Source: a virus
Taxonomy: Duplodnaviria; Caudoviricetes
DNA: 32,109 nucleotides
IMG/VR virus record: IMGVR_UViG_3300005764_002748
Span: 1-32,109 of that record
Strand: one strand, 5' to 3'
Below are positions 1 to 7,957 of this stretch, in pieces. The first letter of the stretch is position 1. Every line of letters begins with the position of its first letter. The position numbers were made by a program, and so were the translations under genes. The notes below the pieces were generated by a model, which saw only the letters and a list, made by a program, of their open reading frames with translations, searched no databases and was not told where the DNA came from.

Positions 1-1329
1 GCAGTTCTTCTCGAAAACCAGCGCCTCATGAACGAGGTTTCCACAGATACAAGCGATATAGCGCAGTTTAAGCGCATCAGCATCCCGCTTGTCCGCCGTA
101 TTTACCCGCAGTTGATCGCCAACAAGATCGTGTCGGTCCAGCCGTTGCTCGGCCCCACGGGTTTGGTGTACTACCTGCGCTTCCGTTATTCGTCCAACAA
201 GGGTGCCACTCGTGGCGCGGACAACAACTCCGGCTTCCCGATGGACGACGTAAACACCCTTCAGCAGTTGGCTGACGGTACTGCGAACCTGGACATCTGG
301 TATTCCCACCAGTTCGTCCAGAACGAATCCAGCAGCACCGACAATGGCACCGTGACGACCGCCGTATACGCTCCGTTGGAGCATACGCCAGTGCTGGCCG
401 GCACCGTGACTGGTACGGTTTATGTCGGTTCCGTTGCCGTGCAGACCTTCGTGGTTTCCTCGGCTGGGACGTTTAACTTCACGGCCATCGGCAGCCCGGC
501 GACCTACGCCAGCGCCGGTAGCCTGAACCTGACCACCGGCGAAATGACGCTGACCTTTAACGCCGCTCCAGGCGCGAACCACGTTGTATTGAGCTATGAG
601 TACAACATGGAGTGCCAGCAAGACCTCCCCGAAATCAACCTCGTGGTTGAGTCGGAAGAAATTGCTGCCAAGACCCGCAAGCTCAAGGCCGTGTGGAGCT
701 ACGAAGCCCAGCAGGACTTGCGCTCGCAGCACAACCTCGACGCCGAGGCAGAACTGACCGCCGTGTTGGCCCAGGAAATCAACCTGGAGATCGACCGCGA
801 AGTTCTGACTGACCTGCGTAATAACGCGGGCACCGTGAGTGCATGGGATTTCAACACCGCGTTGGGCGAAACCATCAAAGAGAAGTACGAGTCACTATAT
901 GTGAAGATCGTAGAAGTCTCCAACGTCATCCACCGGAAGACGTTGCGTGGCGGTGCGAACTGGCTCGTAACTTCGCCTGAAGTGGCCTCGATCTTCGAGA
1001 CGGCCACCGCCGGTTTCGCGCCGGCCCCCAGCGAGACGTTCACTTCCTCGCTCGGCATCCAGTACGTCGGCACGGTCAACAACCGTTGGCGGCTCTACAA
1101 AGACCCGTTGTTCCCGACGAACCAGATATTGATGGGTTATAAAGGCGACAGTTATATGGATAGCGGATATTTCTACTGTCCTTATGTCCCATTAACGCAA
1201 ACCCCGGTCGTCCTCGACCCGGAGAGCTTCTGCCCGCGTAAGGGTATCCTTACTCGTTACGGGAAGAAACTCCTGCGTGAAGGGTCCAAGTTCTATGCCC
1301 GCATGAGTATTGCGAACTTCGTAATCTAA
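1..1329 (+). CDS. Major capsid protein, T4 gp23 family (5'-partial)
   Basis: Frame is open from base 1 (AVLLENQRLM..). Contains gp23-family motifs VSVQPLLGPTGLVYYLR, AKTRKLKAVWSYEAQQDL, EINLEIDRE, GYFYCPYVPL and GILTRYG. Confidence 0.95.
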   Translation, partial: AVLLENQRLMNEVSTDTSDIAQFKRISIPLVRRIYPQLIANKIVSVQPLLGPTGLVYYLRFRYSSNKGATRGADNNSGFPMDDVNTLQQLADGTANLDIWYSHQFVQNESSSTDNGTVTTAVYAPLEHTPVLAGTVTGTVYVGSVAVQTFVVSSAGTFNFTAIGSPATYASAGSLNLTTGEMTLTFNAAPGANHVVLSYEYNMECQQDLPEINLVVESEEIAAKTRKLKAVWSYEAQQDLRSQHNLDAEAELTAVLAQEINLEIDREVLTDLRNNAGTVSAWDFNTALGETIKEKYESLYVKIVEVSNVIHRKTLRGGANWLVTSPEVASIFETATAGFAPAPSETFTSSLGIQYVGTVNNRWRLYKDPLFPTNQILMGYKGDSYMDSGYFYCPYVPLTQTPVVLDPESFCPRKGILTRYGKKLLREGSKFYARMSIANFVI

Positions 1330-1356
1330 GGACCGCGACCTCCGATAAAAGACCTG

Positions 1357-1390
1357 AAGCCCGGCAGAGAAATCTGCCGGGCTTTTCATT
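1357..1390 (+). terminator. Rho-independent terminator after capsid gene
   Basis: AAGCCCGGCAGA-gaaa-TCTGCCGGGCTT hairpin followed by TTCATT. Confidence 0.85.
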
Positions 1391-1398
1391 TATATTTC

Positions 1399-1818
1399 AT
1401 GCGGACGTTCAACGAATGGAGGCTGCTCGAAGTTACTCGCAGCGAGGGCGATTGGATTAGGCTCCACGACGTTTTCATGGACTTCTTCCGGGGCACTATC
1501 AGTCCCTTCGCCAACCCCAGGGCGCATCAGCGAATCGTCGGCGCTCTGCGGCAGGTCGGTCTGGATTCTTTTGCCGAGCAATTGGACGCCCTGGAGCCGA
1601 CCCCGGAAGAAATCGAGGCAGCCAACTGGAAGACTGGCCTGGGCATGACGCTAGGGGACGTATTACGTCACAAGGGACGCAGGGAGCAAACCGAGGCGTT
1701 CCGCCGCAAGCACCGGGCCTATGGCGAACTGATGGACCAACTCTACTATAAAATCGCCAAACCAGACCCCGCCAAACCTCACGTCTTTCGGTGGCCATTT
1801 ACCAATTTGGAATTATAA
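1399..1818 (+). CDS. Hypothetical protein with N-terminal CTS-like peptide (MRTFNEWRLLE)
   Basis: 139-aa ORF directly after the terminator; N-terminal motif shared with many ORFs in the window. Confidence 0.7.
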   Translation: MRTFNEWRLLEVTRSEGDWIRLHDVFMDFFRGTISPFANPRAHQRIVGALRQVGLDSFAEQLDALEPTPEEIEAANWKTGLGMTLGDVLRHKGRREQTEAFRRKHRAYGELMDQLYYKIAKPDPAKPHVFRWPFTNLEL

Positions 1819-1856
1819 TATTCTGGCCGGCTTCATTCATACAGTAGGAGGTATCC

Positions 1857-2012
1857 ATGTTGCTATGGTTCTTAATCATTCTGCTGATTCTTTTGCTCCT
1901 GGGCGGCGGCTACCACGTTTACAATGGCGGCGACTGCTGGCATCCGGGTGCCTTGGTGTGGGTACTTATTGTGGTCCTGTTGGTTGTCCTGCTGTTCAGG
2001 ATGGTCCTGTAG
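1857..2012 (+). CDS. Small two-TM membrane protein, DUF3309-like (51 aa; not in ORF track)
   Basis: AGGAGG SD, then MLLWFLIILLILLLLGGGYHVYNGGDCWHPGALVWVLIVVLLVVLLFRMVL*: two hydrophobic stretches around a Gly/aromatic loop. Confidence 0.75.
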   Translation: MLLWFLIILLILLLLGGGYHVYNGGDCWHPGALVWVLIVVLLVVLLFRMVL

Positions 2013-2043
2013 CGGAAACCAGGCTTTTTCTCGCTGATTCTGC

Positions 2044-2072
2044 TTTACACTGGTAACTTTCAACCGTAGAAT
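2044..2072 (+). promoter_or_regulatory. Sigma70-like promoter upstream of HU gene
   Basis: TTTACA-N17-TAGAAT. Confidence 0.6.
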
Positions 2073-2140
2073 GGGGTAGTTCGCGGTGCGCCCAGCGTAC
2101 CCAGAATACAACCCTGTGTTCCTTTTGGAAGGAGGAAGTA

Positions 2141-2476
2141 ATGGCAACGACCAACGCCGCCAAGGGCGGCAAGGCGCTCACCAAAAGTGAGCTAAAGACG
2201 AGAATCGCGGAGGAAACCGGCCTCACGGCCAAACAGGTCGGGGCTGTCCTCGACACCCTCACCGACGTGGCCCTGGAACAGCTTCGCAAGCGGAGTGTCC
2301 AGGTATTCGCGCTCCCCGGTCTGGCCAAGTTCAAGGTCGTCCGCAAGCCCGCCACCAAGGCACGGCAAGGCACCCACCCCTTTACCAAGCAGCCACACGT
2401 CTTCGCGGCCAAGCCCGCTCGCAACGTGGTGAAGGTACGGCCCCTCAAGGCTGTCAAGGATGCCGTCGTCCAGTGA
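2141..2476 (+). CDS. HU-family DNA-binding protein
   Basis: TKSELKTRIAEETGLT..VGAVLD..LPGLAKFKVVRKPATKARQGTHPFT..AAKPARNVVKVRPLK; strong SD AGGAGG. Confidence 0.92.
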   Translation: MATTNAAKGGKALTKSELKTRIAEETGLTAKQVGAVLDTLTDVALEQLRKRSVQVFALPGLAKFKVVRKPATKARQGTHPFTKQPHVFAAKPARNVVKVRPLKAVKDAVVQ

Positions 2477-2497
2477 TCGACACGTCTCGACTCGCGC

Positions 2498-2536
2498 ACC
2501 CCGGCCAGGCACACGCCTGAGCCGGGGTTTTATTTT
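2498..2536 (+). terminator. Rho-independent terminator after HU gene
   Basis: ACCCCGGC-CAGGC/GCCTG-a-GCCGGGGT hairpin plus TTTATTTT. Confidence 0.8.
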
Positions 2537-2647
2537 GAAATATATCTCAAAAACGTGAACGTATGTCTAGTTCAGGGGCGGAACTGTATGACGCCTCGTA
2601 GGCGTTTTGATTGACCGTAACTATATAAGTTCCTGAAGAGCCATCGG

Positions 2648-2851
2648 TTAGGAAGGCCGGGAAGAAGGGTCGGTCGGGCCTGAACGAGACTCCTCCTCAG
2701 CCAGCCACTCCTTGAAGGACTTGTGTTTCTTCTTTTTCTTCTTGCGTTCGGGTAGGTCGCCGTGTGTATGGGACTCCCACTCTCCGCAATCCCAACCAGG
2801 GTCTTTGCGGGCGTAACAGGCGCGCCTTTGGGCTTTACTGACGAATGGCAT
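2648..2851 (-). CDS. Small basic phage protein (MPFVSKAQRR type) with C-terminal SFKEWLAEE motif
   Basis: ATG at 2851 preceded by TAAATA-N6. MPFxSKAQRR N-terminus resembles small uncharacterised phage proteins; poly-Lys run. Confidence 0.7.
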   Translation of the reverse strand: MPFVSKAQRRACYARKDPGWDCGEWESHTHGDLPERKKKKKKHKSFKEWLAEEESRSGPTDPSSRPS

Positions 2852-2875
2852 ATTCACTATTTAGAAAGGATAAGG

Positions 2876-3163
2876 ATGAAAAATCACTGGCTTGACGAGA
2901 AAAAGAAATACGTCAAGATATACGACAACACGCAAAACACCTTGAAAACCCCGCTCACAAGCGGTCGGTTTGAGGCAAAGGACGCCGAGGAGAAGTACGC
3001 GGGCAGGGTTCCCAAGGATGACATCTGGACCCTGCGGGCCGAAATTGACGATCAATTCTGGTTTGACAGATTGGACCGCCAGTTGTTCTATTGGAGCCGG
3101 CCAGTGCAGGAGGAGCCGGAGTACCCGGCCCACTGGTCCCTGCCGACCCAACCAGGGCAGTAA
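2876..3163 (+). CDS. Hypothetical protein
   Basis: Start MKNHWL at 2876 after AAGGATAAGG; divergent from the 2851 ORF. Confidence 0.6.
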   Translation: MKNHWLDEKKKYVKIYDNTQNTLKTPLTSGRFEAKDAEEKYAGRVPKDDIWTLRAEIDDQFWFDRLDRQLFYWSRPVQEEPEYPAHWSLPTQPGQ

Positions 3164-3233
3164 GACGTGGCAAGGGCGTGAATCACATTGATTCACGCCC
3201 TTGCTGCATATAATACGATAGAGGAGAGAAGCA

Positions 3234-3689
3234 GTGATATTACACGATGTTGGGCTGAGCAATAAGATCACTTTCGGCCAGGTAACAGATGCGGAACTAG
3301 CCGAGTGGGAGAACGAGGGGATGTTCCAGCGAACGCACCTGAAGAATCCCTGGTTGGAAAGAAACAGCGAGCGACAACGACAGACGCGCATCTGCACTAT
3401 GCTGGCCAAGGAATGTATCCAAGAAGCTGACCTCGATGACGAAGTGTGGGCCGAGGAAGCCTTCCGTACCTCCGTCGCCATTGGCATGGAAAAACTGGCG
3501 GTCCACGATCACCAGGCCCACGGTGAGATGACAGTATATCTCAAGGCCCACATGATGGAGCGACTGGATCGTGGCAAGTGCCTGGGCTACATCCAAGCGG
3601 CGCTGGACGATGCCTTGTACCACAAATTAAAGGAGGCCCCCGTCTGGGTGCGCGAAATGCTCTGGCGGACGGCAGATGATGGGAAATAA
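3234..3689 (+). CDS. Hypothetical protein
   Basis: GTG start after GAGGAG; 151 aa; TATAAT at 3209-3214. Confidence 0.65.
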   Translation: MILHDVGLSNKITFGQVTDAELAEWENEGMFQRTHLKNPWLERNSERQRQTRICTMLAKECIQEADLDDEVWAEEAFRTSVAIGMEKLAVHDHQAHGEMTVYLKAHMMERLDRGKCLGYIQAALDDALYHKLKEAPVWVREMLWRTADDGK

Positions 3690-3876
3690 AATCCTCAAGA
3701 TCGGCGGCTTTGGTTTCTTTTGCCCCTACGTCCCGATGGTGGTCACGCCTGCCGTCCTCGGCCCAGGACGCCGACAAAAGCCGCCCAGGCCCAAGAAGCA
3801 AAAAGGCCCACAGCCTGTCCCGGAGGCCCGCAAGCCCAAATTCCGCAGCATTGACGACCCCTGGTTGAGCTTCTGA
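3676..3876 (+). CDS. Small protein containing a copy of the capsid C-terminal CPYVP segment
   Basis: FFCPYVPMVVTPAVLGP versus capsid FYCPYVPLTQTPVVLDP (11/17 identical); start overlaps the previous ORF's end. Confidence 0.65.
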   Translation: MMGNKILKIGGFGFFCPYVPMVVTPAVLGPGRRQKPPRPKKQKGPQPVPEARKPKFRSIDDPWLSF

Positions 3877-3885
3877 AAAATCTTG

Positions 3886-3914
3886 TTGCAAAGGCACCCG
3901 ACTTGCCTTACGCT
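3886..3914 (+). promoter_or_regulatory. Sigma70-like promoter
   Basis: TTGCAA-N17-TACGCT upstream of the 3952 ORF. Confidence 0.45.
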
Positions 3915-3951
3915 GCAAGGGGGTAGTTTCCTACTTCTCTTGGAGGCAAAC

Positions 3952-4506
3952 ATGAGCAACAAGAAGCCACAGAAGCGTCCGACAGAGGAATCTGAAGTCA
4001 CGGACCCGGCAACCGCCGAAACATCGGCGGCACGCACGGAGGAGATAGAGAAGCAAGAGCCGACACAGCCCGCCCAGCAAGACCCGACCCCGCCCAGCGA
4101 GCCGGTCGCCGCGCCCGCACAGCAAGAAGTGCCCGAAGAAGTCGCCCAACTCCAGGCCGTCGTGCAGAAGATTCGCGCCCGCCTGGCCTGGCACGAGGAA
4201 CAGATCAAGAAGCATCGCGCGGCGTCAGACTCCCTCCTCGCGGCCTTGCAGGACCAACTGGCCGTGCTGGAGGAACCGGCGGAAGTGCCCGGCGAGGACG
4301 AGCCAACCATTACCGCCCGTCGCCTGATCCTCGACTTCATCCGGGACAAGGGCGGCGAGGCCACCAATCAAGAAATCAAGGAGTTCTTCGAGCAGCAGAA
4401 CCGCCGGAGCAACCCGTCCGTGGAATTGAGCCGGATGGTAGGGGAGGGCGTTCTCCGGCGTCCCAGCCGGGGCAGTTACGCCTTGGTAGGGAAAAAACGC
4501 AAGTAA
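3952..4506 (+). CDS. Coiled-coil plus C-terminal winged-helix putative DNA-binding protein
   Basis: GGAGG SD then MSNKK. Disordered P/E/Q N-terminus, heptad-like middle, C-terminal ILDFIRDKGGEATNQEI..ELSRMVGEGVLRRPSRGSYAL typical of wHTH. Confidence 0.7.
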   Translation: MSNKKPQKRPTEESEVTDPATAETSAARTEEIEKQEPTQPAQQDPTPPSEPVAAPAQQEVPEEVAQLQAVVQKIRARLAWHEEQIKKHRAASDSLLAALQDQLAVLEEPAEVPGEDEPTITARRLILDFIRDKGGEATNQEIKEFFEQQNRRSNPSVELSRMVGEGVLRRPSRGSYALVGKKRK

Positions 4507-4513
4507 CGCCATT

Positions 4514-4540
4514 AAACCCGGCACGGACGCCGGGTTTTTT
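4514..4540 (+). terminator. Rho-independent terminator
   Basis: AAACCCGGC-acggac-GCCGGGTTT plus TTT. Confidence 0.85.
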
Positions 4541-4551
4541 CATGCGCCGAA

Positions 4552-4557
4552 TATATA
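4552..4557 (+). promoter_or_regulatory. Putative late promoter box TATATA, 4 nt before ATG
   Basis: One of many TANATA boxes at short spacing before start codons. Confidence 0.55.
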
Positions 4558-4561
4558 CTGC

Positions 4562-4900
4562 ATGAAAAAATCGCACGCGGAAATAGAACGCGAGGAAGAA
4601 CGAACCGGGATCGACCTGGACCGCGACGACGAAAAAGGTGAGTCCAAAGCCCACAAGGCCAAGATGCGCCGCCACGGCTGGAAGCGGTTCAAGGAATGGC
4701 TTCAACTTAGGGAGGACGGTGGCTTGATGGGCGTTCCCGGCACAGCCTTTCCTGACGGGCAGAAGCCTTCCGACAATATGATAAACCAGTCCCCTGGATG
4801 TTCTGGTGGGCCATGTCCCAAGAAGGGCGGCGGCATGGCAGGCCCCGCCGGCGCTGCCCCGACTCCCGCCCCCGGTCCCAAGAAACAGCGAAAGCAGTAA
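4562..4900 (+). CDS. Hypothetical low-complexity protein with internal RFKEWLQLRE motif
   Basis: 112 aa; charged N-half and G/P-rich C-half. Confidence 0.7.
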   Translation: MKKSHAEIEREEERTGIDLDRDDEKGESKAHKAKMRRHGWKRFKEWLQLREDGGLMGVPGTAFPDGQKPSDNMINQSPGCSGGPCPKKGGGMAGPAGAAPTPAPGPKKQRKQ

Positions 4901-4901
4901 C

Positions 4902-4907
4902 TATATA
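4902..4907 (+). promoter_or_regulatory. Putative late promoter box TATATA, 5 nt before ATG
   Basis: cTATATAcctgcATG; no SD. Confidence 0.55.
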
Positions 4908-4912
4908 CCTGC

Positions 4913-5527
4913 ATGGCCGCAGGTTTTAAGGAGTGGATGCTCAAGGAAGAGAAGGGTCACCGAGTCCCGACCGGGGAAATACTCCGACACATCAAGATTC
5001 CTCTACCGAGCGTCCGGCAGCAAAAAACCTTTAGCTGCGGCGCGGCAGCCCTTCGCGCCATTTGCGAGTTCTACAAGGTCGGCCCCCGCGACGAAGACGA
5101 GTTCATCAAACTCCTAGACACCAACTACAAGGATGGCACCGAACCCGACGCCCTGGTGCGGGGCGCAAAATGTTTCGGCCTCAACGTCGTCAAGAAAGAA
5201 GGCATGACCATCGGCCAACTGCTGTCGTACATCGACAAGCAGTGGCCGGTCATATGCAACATCCAGGCGTGGGGCAGCAAAAAATACTACAAGAAACTGG
5301 AGAGCGGCCACTACGTCGTTGCCATCGGCTACGATGATAAACACATCTATTTTGAAGACCCCTCGCTGGAAGGCGACCGAGGCAAACTGACTTACGAGGA
5401 CTTCTGCAAGCGGTGGCACGACCAGGAAACGAGCGGCGAAAAAACCCACCACCTGGGCATCGTCTGCTGGAAAAACAGCCCCGACACGGACCCCCACTAC
5501 CTCGTCCGGGCCACTAAAATTCAGTGA
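4913..5527 (+). CDS. C39-like cysteine peptidase with N-terminal CTS-like peptide
   Basis: QQKTFSCGAAAL (Q..C), SGHYVVAIGYD (H), YFEDP (D); starts MAAGFKEWMLKEE. Confidence 0.88.
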   Translation: MAAGFKEWMLKEEKGHRVPTGEILRHIKIPLPSVRQQKTFSCGAAALRAICEFYKVGPRDEDEFIKLLDTNYKDGTEPDALVRGAKCFGLNVVKKEGMTIGQLLSYIDKQWPVICNIQAWGSKKYYKKLESGHYVVAIGYDDKHIYFEDPSLEGDRGKLTYEDFCKRWHDQETSGEKTHHLGIVCWKNSPDTDPHYLVRATKIQ

Positions 5528-6236
5528 ACCGCAAGTGTGGGGCGTAGGCCCTTGCCTTGTCGATAATCGCCTGGCGTTTGCTCGCGGCCAGTTCCCCAGG
5601 GACAGCCCATGCCGGCATCATGCTGGTGTAGTGAACGCTGGAGTAACGGAACTTCATCTCCAACAGCACGTCCCCTCCGTACTGAAGGTCCAGGTCATAA
5701 CTTTTGCAGAATAAGTCCTTCAGTTCCCAATTCTCCAACTGTCCACCATTTCCGTCCCACAGGCGTAACACCCCCGTCAAACCCTGGGCGTGTGCCAGTT
5801 CGTCCGCCTGGTGGACAAGGTTATGCTCGCCCCTGCCGGGGTTGTTGGCGGTGCTTGAGTCAATATAGGCGGTTACCGCCAACTCCTCCCAAACCGTCCG
5901 CCCTGGTATCCAGGTTTTATCGGACAGGAAGTCCAGTTCCGTCTCCTCGATCTCGACCTTGGGTCGAGCGGCCACCTTCACCACCACCGGCCCCGCCAAG
6001 GTCTGGCCATGATACTGCAATTCCAGGGTCCACCGAAAGCTGTTCTTTAACCCGACGTTAAAGGTGTTCGTGCCCATCGTTTTGGGCGGCGGATTGTAGT
6101 TGGGCGGAAGATTGATTGTGTAGCCCGGCTGATAGGGGCTGGTGTTACAACTGGAGCCGTAGGCAGGGTTGGTGGGGTTGCTCCAGGCGTTTCCCTTCCA
6201 GTTATTTCGCGTGTTCCAATCGGTGAAAGACTGCAT
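5514..6236 (-). CDS. T4 gp19-like tail tube family protein
   Basis: FRWTLEL..VKVAARPKVEIEETELDFLSDKTWIPGRTVWEELAVT..LRLWDGNGGQLENWELKD..LEMKFRY matches the gp19 tube pattern; N/P-rich N-terminal extension. Confidence 0.75.
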   Translation of the reverse strand: MQSFTDWNTRNNWKGNAWSNPTNPAYGSSCNTSPYQPGYTINLPPNYNPPPKTMGTNTFNVGLKNSFRWTLELQYHGQTLAGPVVVKVAARPKVEIEETELDFLSDKTWIPGRTVWEELAVTAYIDSSTANNPGRGEHNLVHQADELAHAQGLTGVLRLWDGNGGQLENWELKDLFCKSYDLDLQYGGDVLLEMKFRYSSVHYTSMMPAWAVPGELAASKRQAIIDKARAYAPHLRFTEF

Positions 6237-6352
6237 ATTCGTCTCCTGTCAAGTCCTTATAATTATAACGGTTCCGGCGGCGCGGGGGGCCTGCGCTGAA
6301 ATGGATGGCTCGGAGGATATATAACTGGTATGTCAGACGATCCGGGAGGGGT

Positions 6353-6919
6353 ATGGCGCGAGGTCTTATACGCATCGCTGATGCGGCGATCAAGGTCTGG
6401 GTGCCGGAAGTCATCCAGCACACCACTTACTCGTGTGGTGCCGCCGCCCTCCATTCTGTCTGCTGCTATTGGGGCGTGGGCCTGCGCTGCGACCTCGACT
6501 ACATCCCTTACCTAGAATGTAATGACAAGGCCGGGACAACACCGGAGAATATCATCTATTTCGCCCGGAGTTTGGGTCTGCGTGCCAAGGAAATGCACGG
6601 CATGACCATCGAGGACTTGAAAGAACTCCTCGACGCCGGCAAGCCGGTCATCTGCCCCATCCAGGCTTGGGGGAATAAGGCCAAGTACCGTGACAAGAAC
6701 CGTAGCGGCCACTACGTCATCGTCATCGGCTACGACAGCCGCCACATTTATATGGAAGATTCCTCTTTGCCGGGCCGGCGAGGTTATTTAACATATAAGC
6801 AGTTCGTACAACGGTGGCACGACGAGGATTACCACGGGAACCTCTACAACCAGTACGGCATCGCCATCTGGAAAAGTGGCAAACCGGGTTACATCCACCA
6901 GGCCACGAAGGTAGGATGA
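6353..6919 (+). CDS. Second C39-like cysteine peptidase (paralogue of 4913..5527)
   Basis: QHTTYSCGAAAL, PVICPIQAWG, SGHYVIVIGYD, YMEDS, RWHD. Start placed at ATG 6353 after GGGAGGGG; TATATA at 6318-6323. Confidence 0.88.
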   Translation: MARGLIRIADAAIKVWVPEVIQHTTYSCGAAALHSVCCYWGVGLRCDLDYIPYLECNDKAGTTPENIIYFARSLGLRAKEMHGMTIEDLKELLDAGKPVICPIQAWGNKAKYRDKNRSGHYVIVIGYDSRHIYMEDSSLPGRRGYLTYKQFVQRWHDEDYHGNLYNQYGIAIWKSGKPGYIHQATKVG

Positions 6920-6920
6920 A

Positions 6921-7316
6921 ATGGATTTAGAAGCCCTCGTGGAACTCTCCGCACAACGCGACAAGCTCGGCGGCATCGACCTGTCGAAACTGCCGCCTGG
7001 CACGAAATTTGAAATACATACCGTCAACAGCCGCTACCTTCTGGAGAAGCTGGACTACGGCAACCGTTATAATCTCCAGGGTGGAGAATATTTCCCGGAA
7101 ACCAAAGAAGTGCGCATCCCCGGTTCGACGTTTGGGGGCAGCACCATCCGGGTTAACTGGATCGGTTACCTGATGCGACTGGAAATCTACGACCCGGAGC
7201 GAAAAGGCGTCATTCACACCAGCAGCATCCGCCAGGCCAAGATCATCACCCCGACTTATGAATATTCCCTGGAGTGGCCTGATCCAGAAGATACTTCGGG
7301 AAACAAGGAAGAATGA
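6921..7316 (+). CDS. Hypothetical protein
   Basis: 131 aa, starts 1 nt after the peptidase stop; beta-rich globular composition (HTVNSRY, GSTFGGS). Confidence 0.7.
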   Translation: MDLEALVELSAQRDKLGGIDLSKLPPGTKFEIHTVNSRYLLEKLDYGNRYNLQGGEYFPETKEVRIPGSTFGGSTIRVNWIGYLMRLEIYDPERKGVIHTSSIRQAKIITPTYEYSLEWPDPEDTSGNKEE

Positions 7317-7842
7317 GCTTGAGGTATTCCTCGGTGCTGTCCTCGGTGAACACCAGTCGGCGCACACCCCGATTGACCTGGACCTCGCACTCGTAGCCGC
7401 AAAGCTTGAAATATTTCTGGATCAGACAGTTACCCTTCTCGCCAAACCAGGCGGTTTTCAATACCGCCTGTTTCCCGTCATACGTCCCCTTATCCAGAAA
7501 CCAGACCGCGTGTCCCCGGTCGCGCAAGGGGTCCAGCCAGTCCCAGGTGACCATCTTCTGGCCCCCGGCGTAGCACAACTCCTGGTAGCGGTTCCATACA
7601 GGATTCGCCACGCTGGCCCAATGCCAACTGTCTTTGTCTTCTACAAACGGGTGAGGCCGAGAAAGGTTCCCTAGCTCCTCCGCTTTACATCGGAGCCAGT
7701 CAACGTCACCGCTTTTCCTCTGCCGCATTTGCAGGTAGGCATTCTTGCCCGCCTTGGGGCGGATAATACTGCCGGTGCCCAACAACGTCCCCAGCACGAT
7801 CTGGCACTGGTCGCTTGTCAGTTTAATTTCTACGTCATTCAT
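7246..7842 (-). CDS. LAGLIDADG_2-family endonuclease-like protein, degenerate motifs
   Basis: QIVLGTLLGTGSI (cf. GTLLGDG) and HAVWFLDKG (cf. AIWFMDDG), with a GQKMVT linker typical of the family. Confidence 0.72.
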   Translation of the reverse strand: MNDVEIKLTSDQCQIVLGTLLGTGSIIRPKAGKNAYLQMRQRKSGDVDWLRCKAEELGNLSRPHPFVEDKDSWHWASVANPVWNRYQELCYAGGQKMVTWDWLDPLRDRGHAVWFLDKGTYDGKQAVLKTAWFGEKGNCLIQKYFKLCGYECEVQVNRGVRRLVFTEDSTEEYLKLILPCFPKYLLDQATPGNIHKSG

Positions 7843-7957
7843 CTTGTAATATAGTTAGGCGGCGGCAGAACGATTTAGTCTGGAATACCGATATTTTCCG
7901 CCGGTGCTGCTTAGATAAATTCAGGACTAGCTTATATTTCTAAAGGAGAACGAACCA

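Noticed and set aside
2575-2645. Possible hammerhead ribozyme (CTGAAGAGCC with upstream GGCGGAAC and GTA)
   Set aside because: Core reads GGAA rather than GAAA, and stems I and III cannot be paired in register.
6330-6515. 61-aa ORF starting 6 nt after a TATATA box
   Set aside because: Lies out of frame inside the well-supported C39 peptidase, which has its own SD; at most a regulatory uORF.
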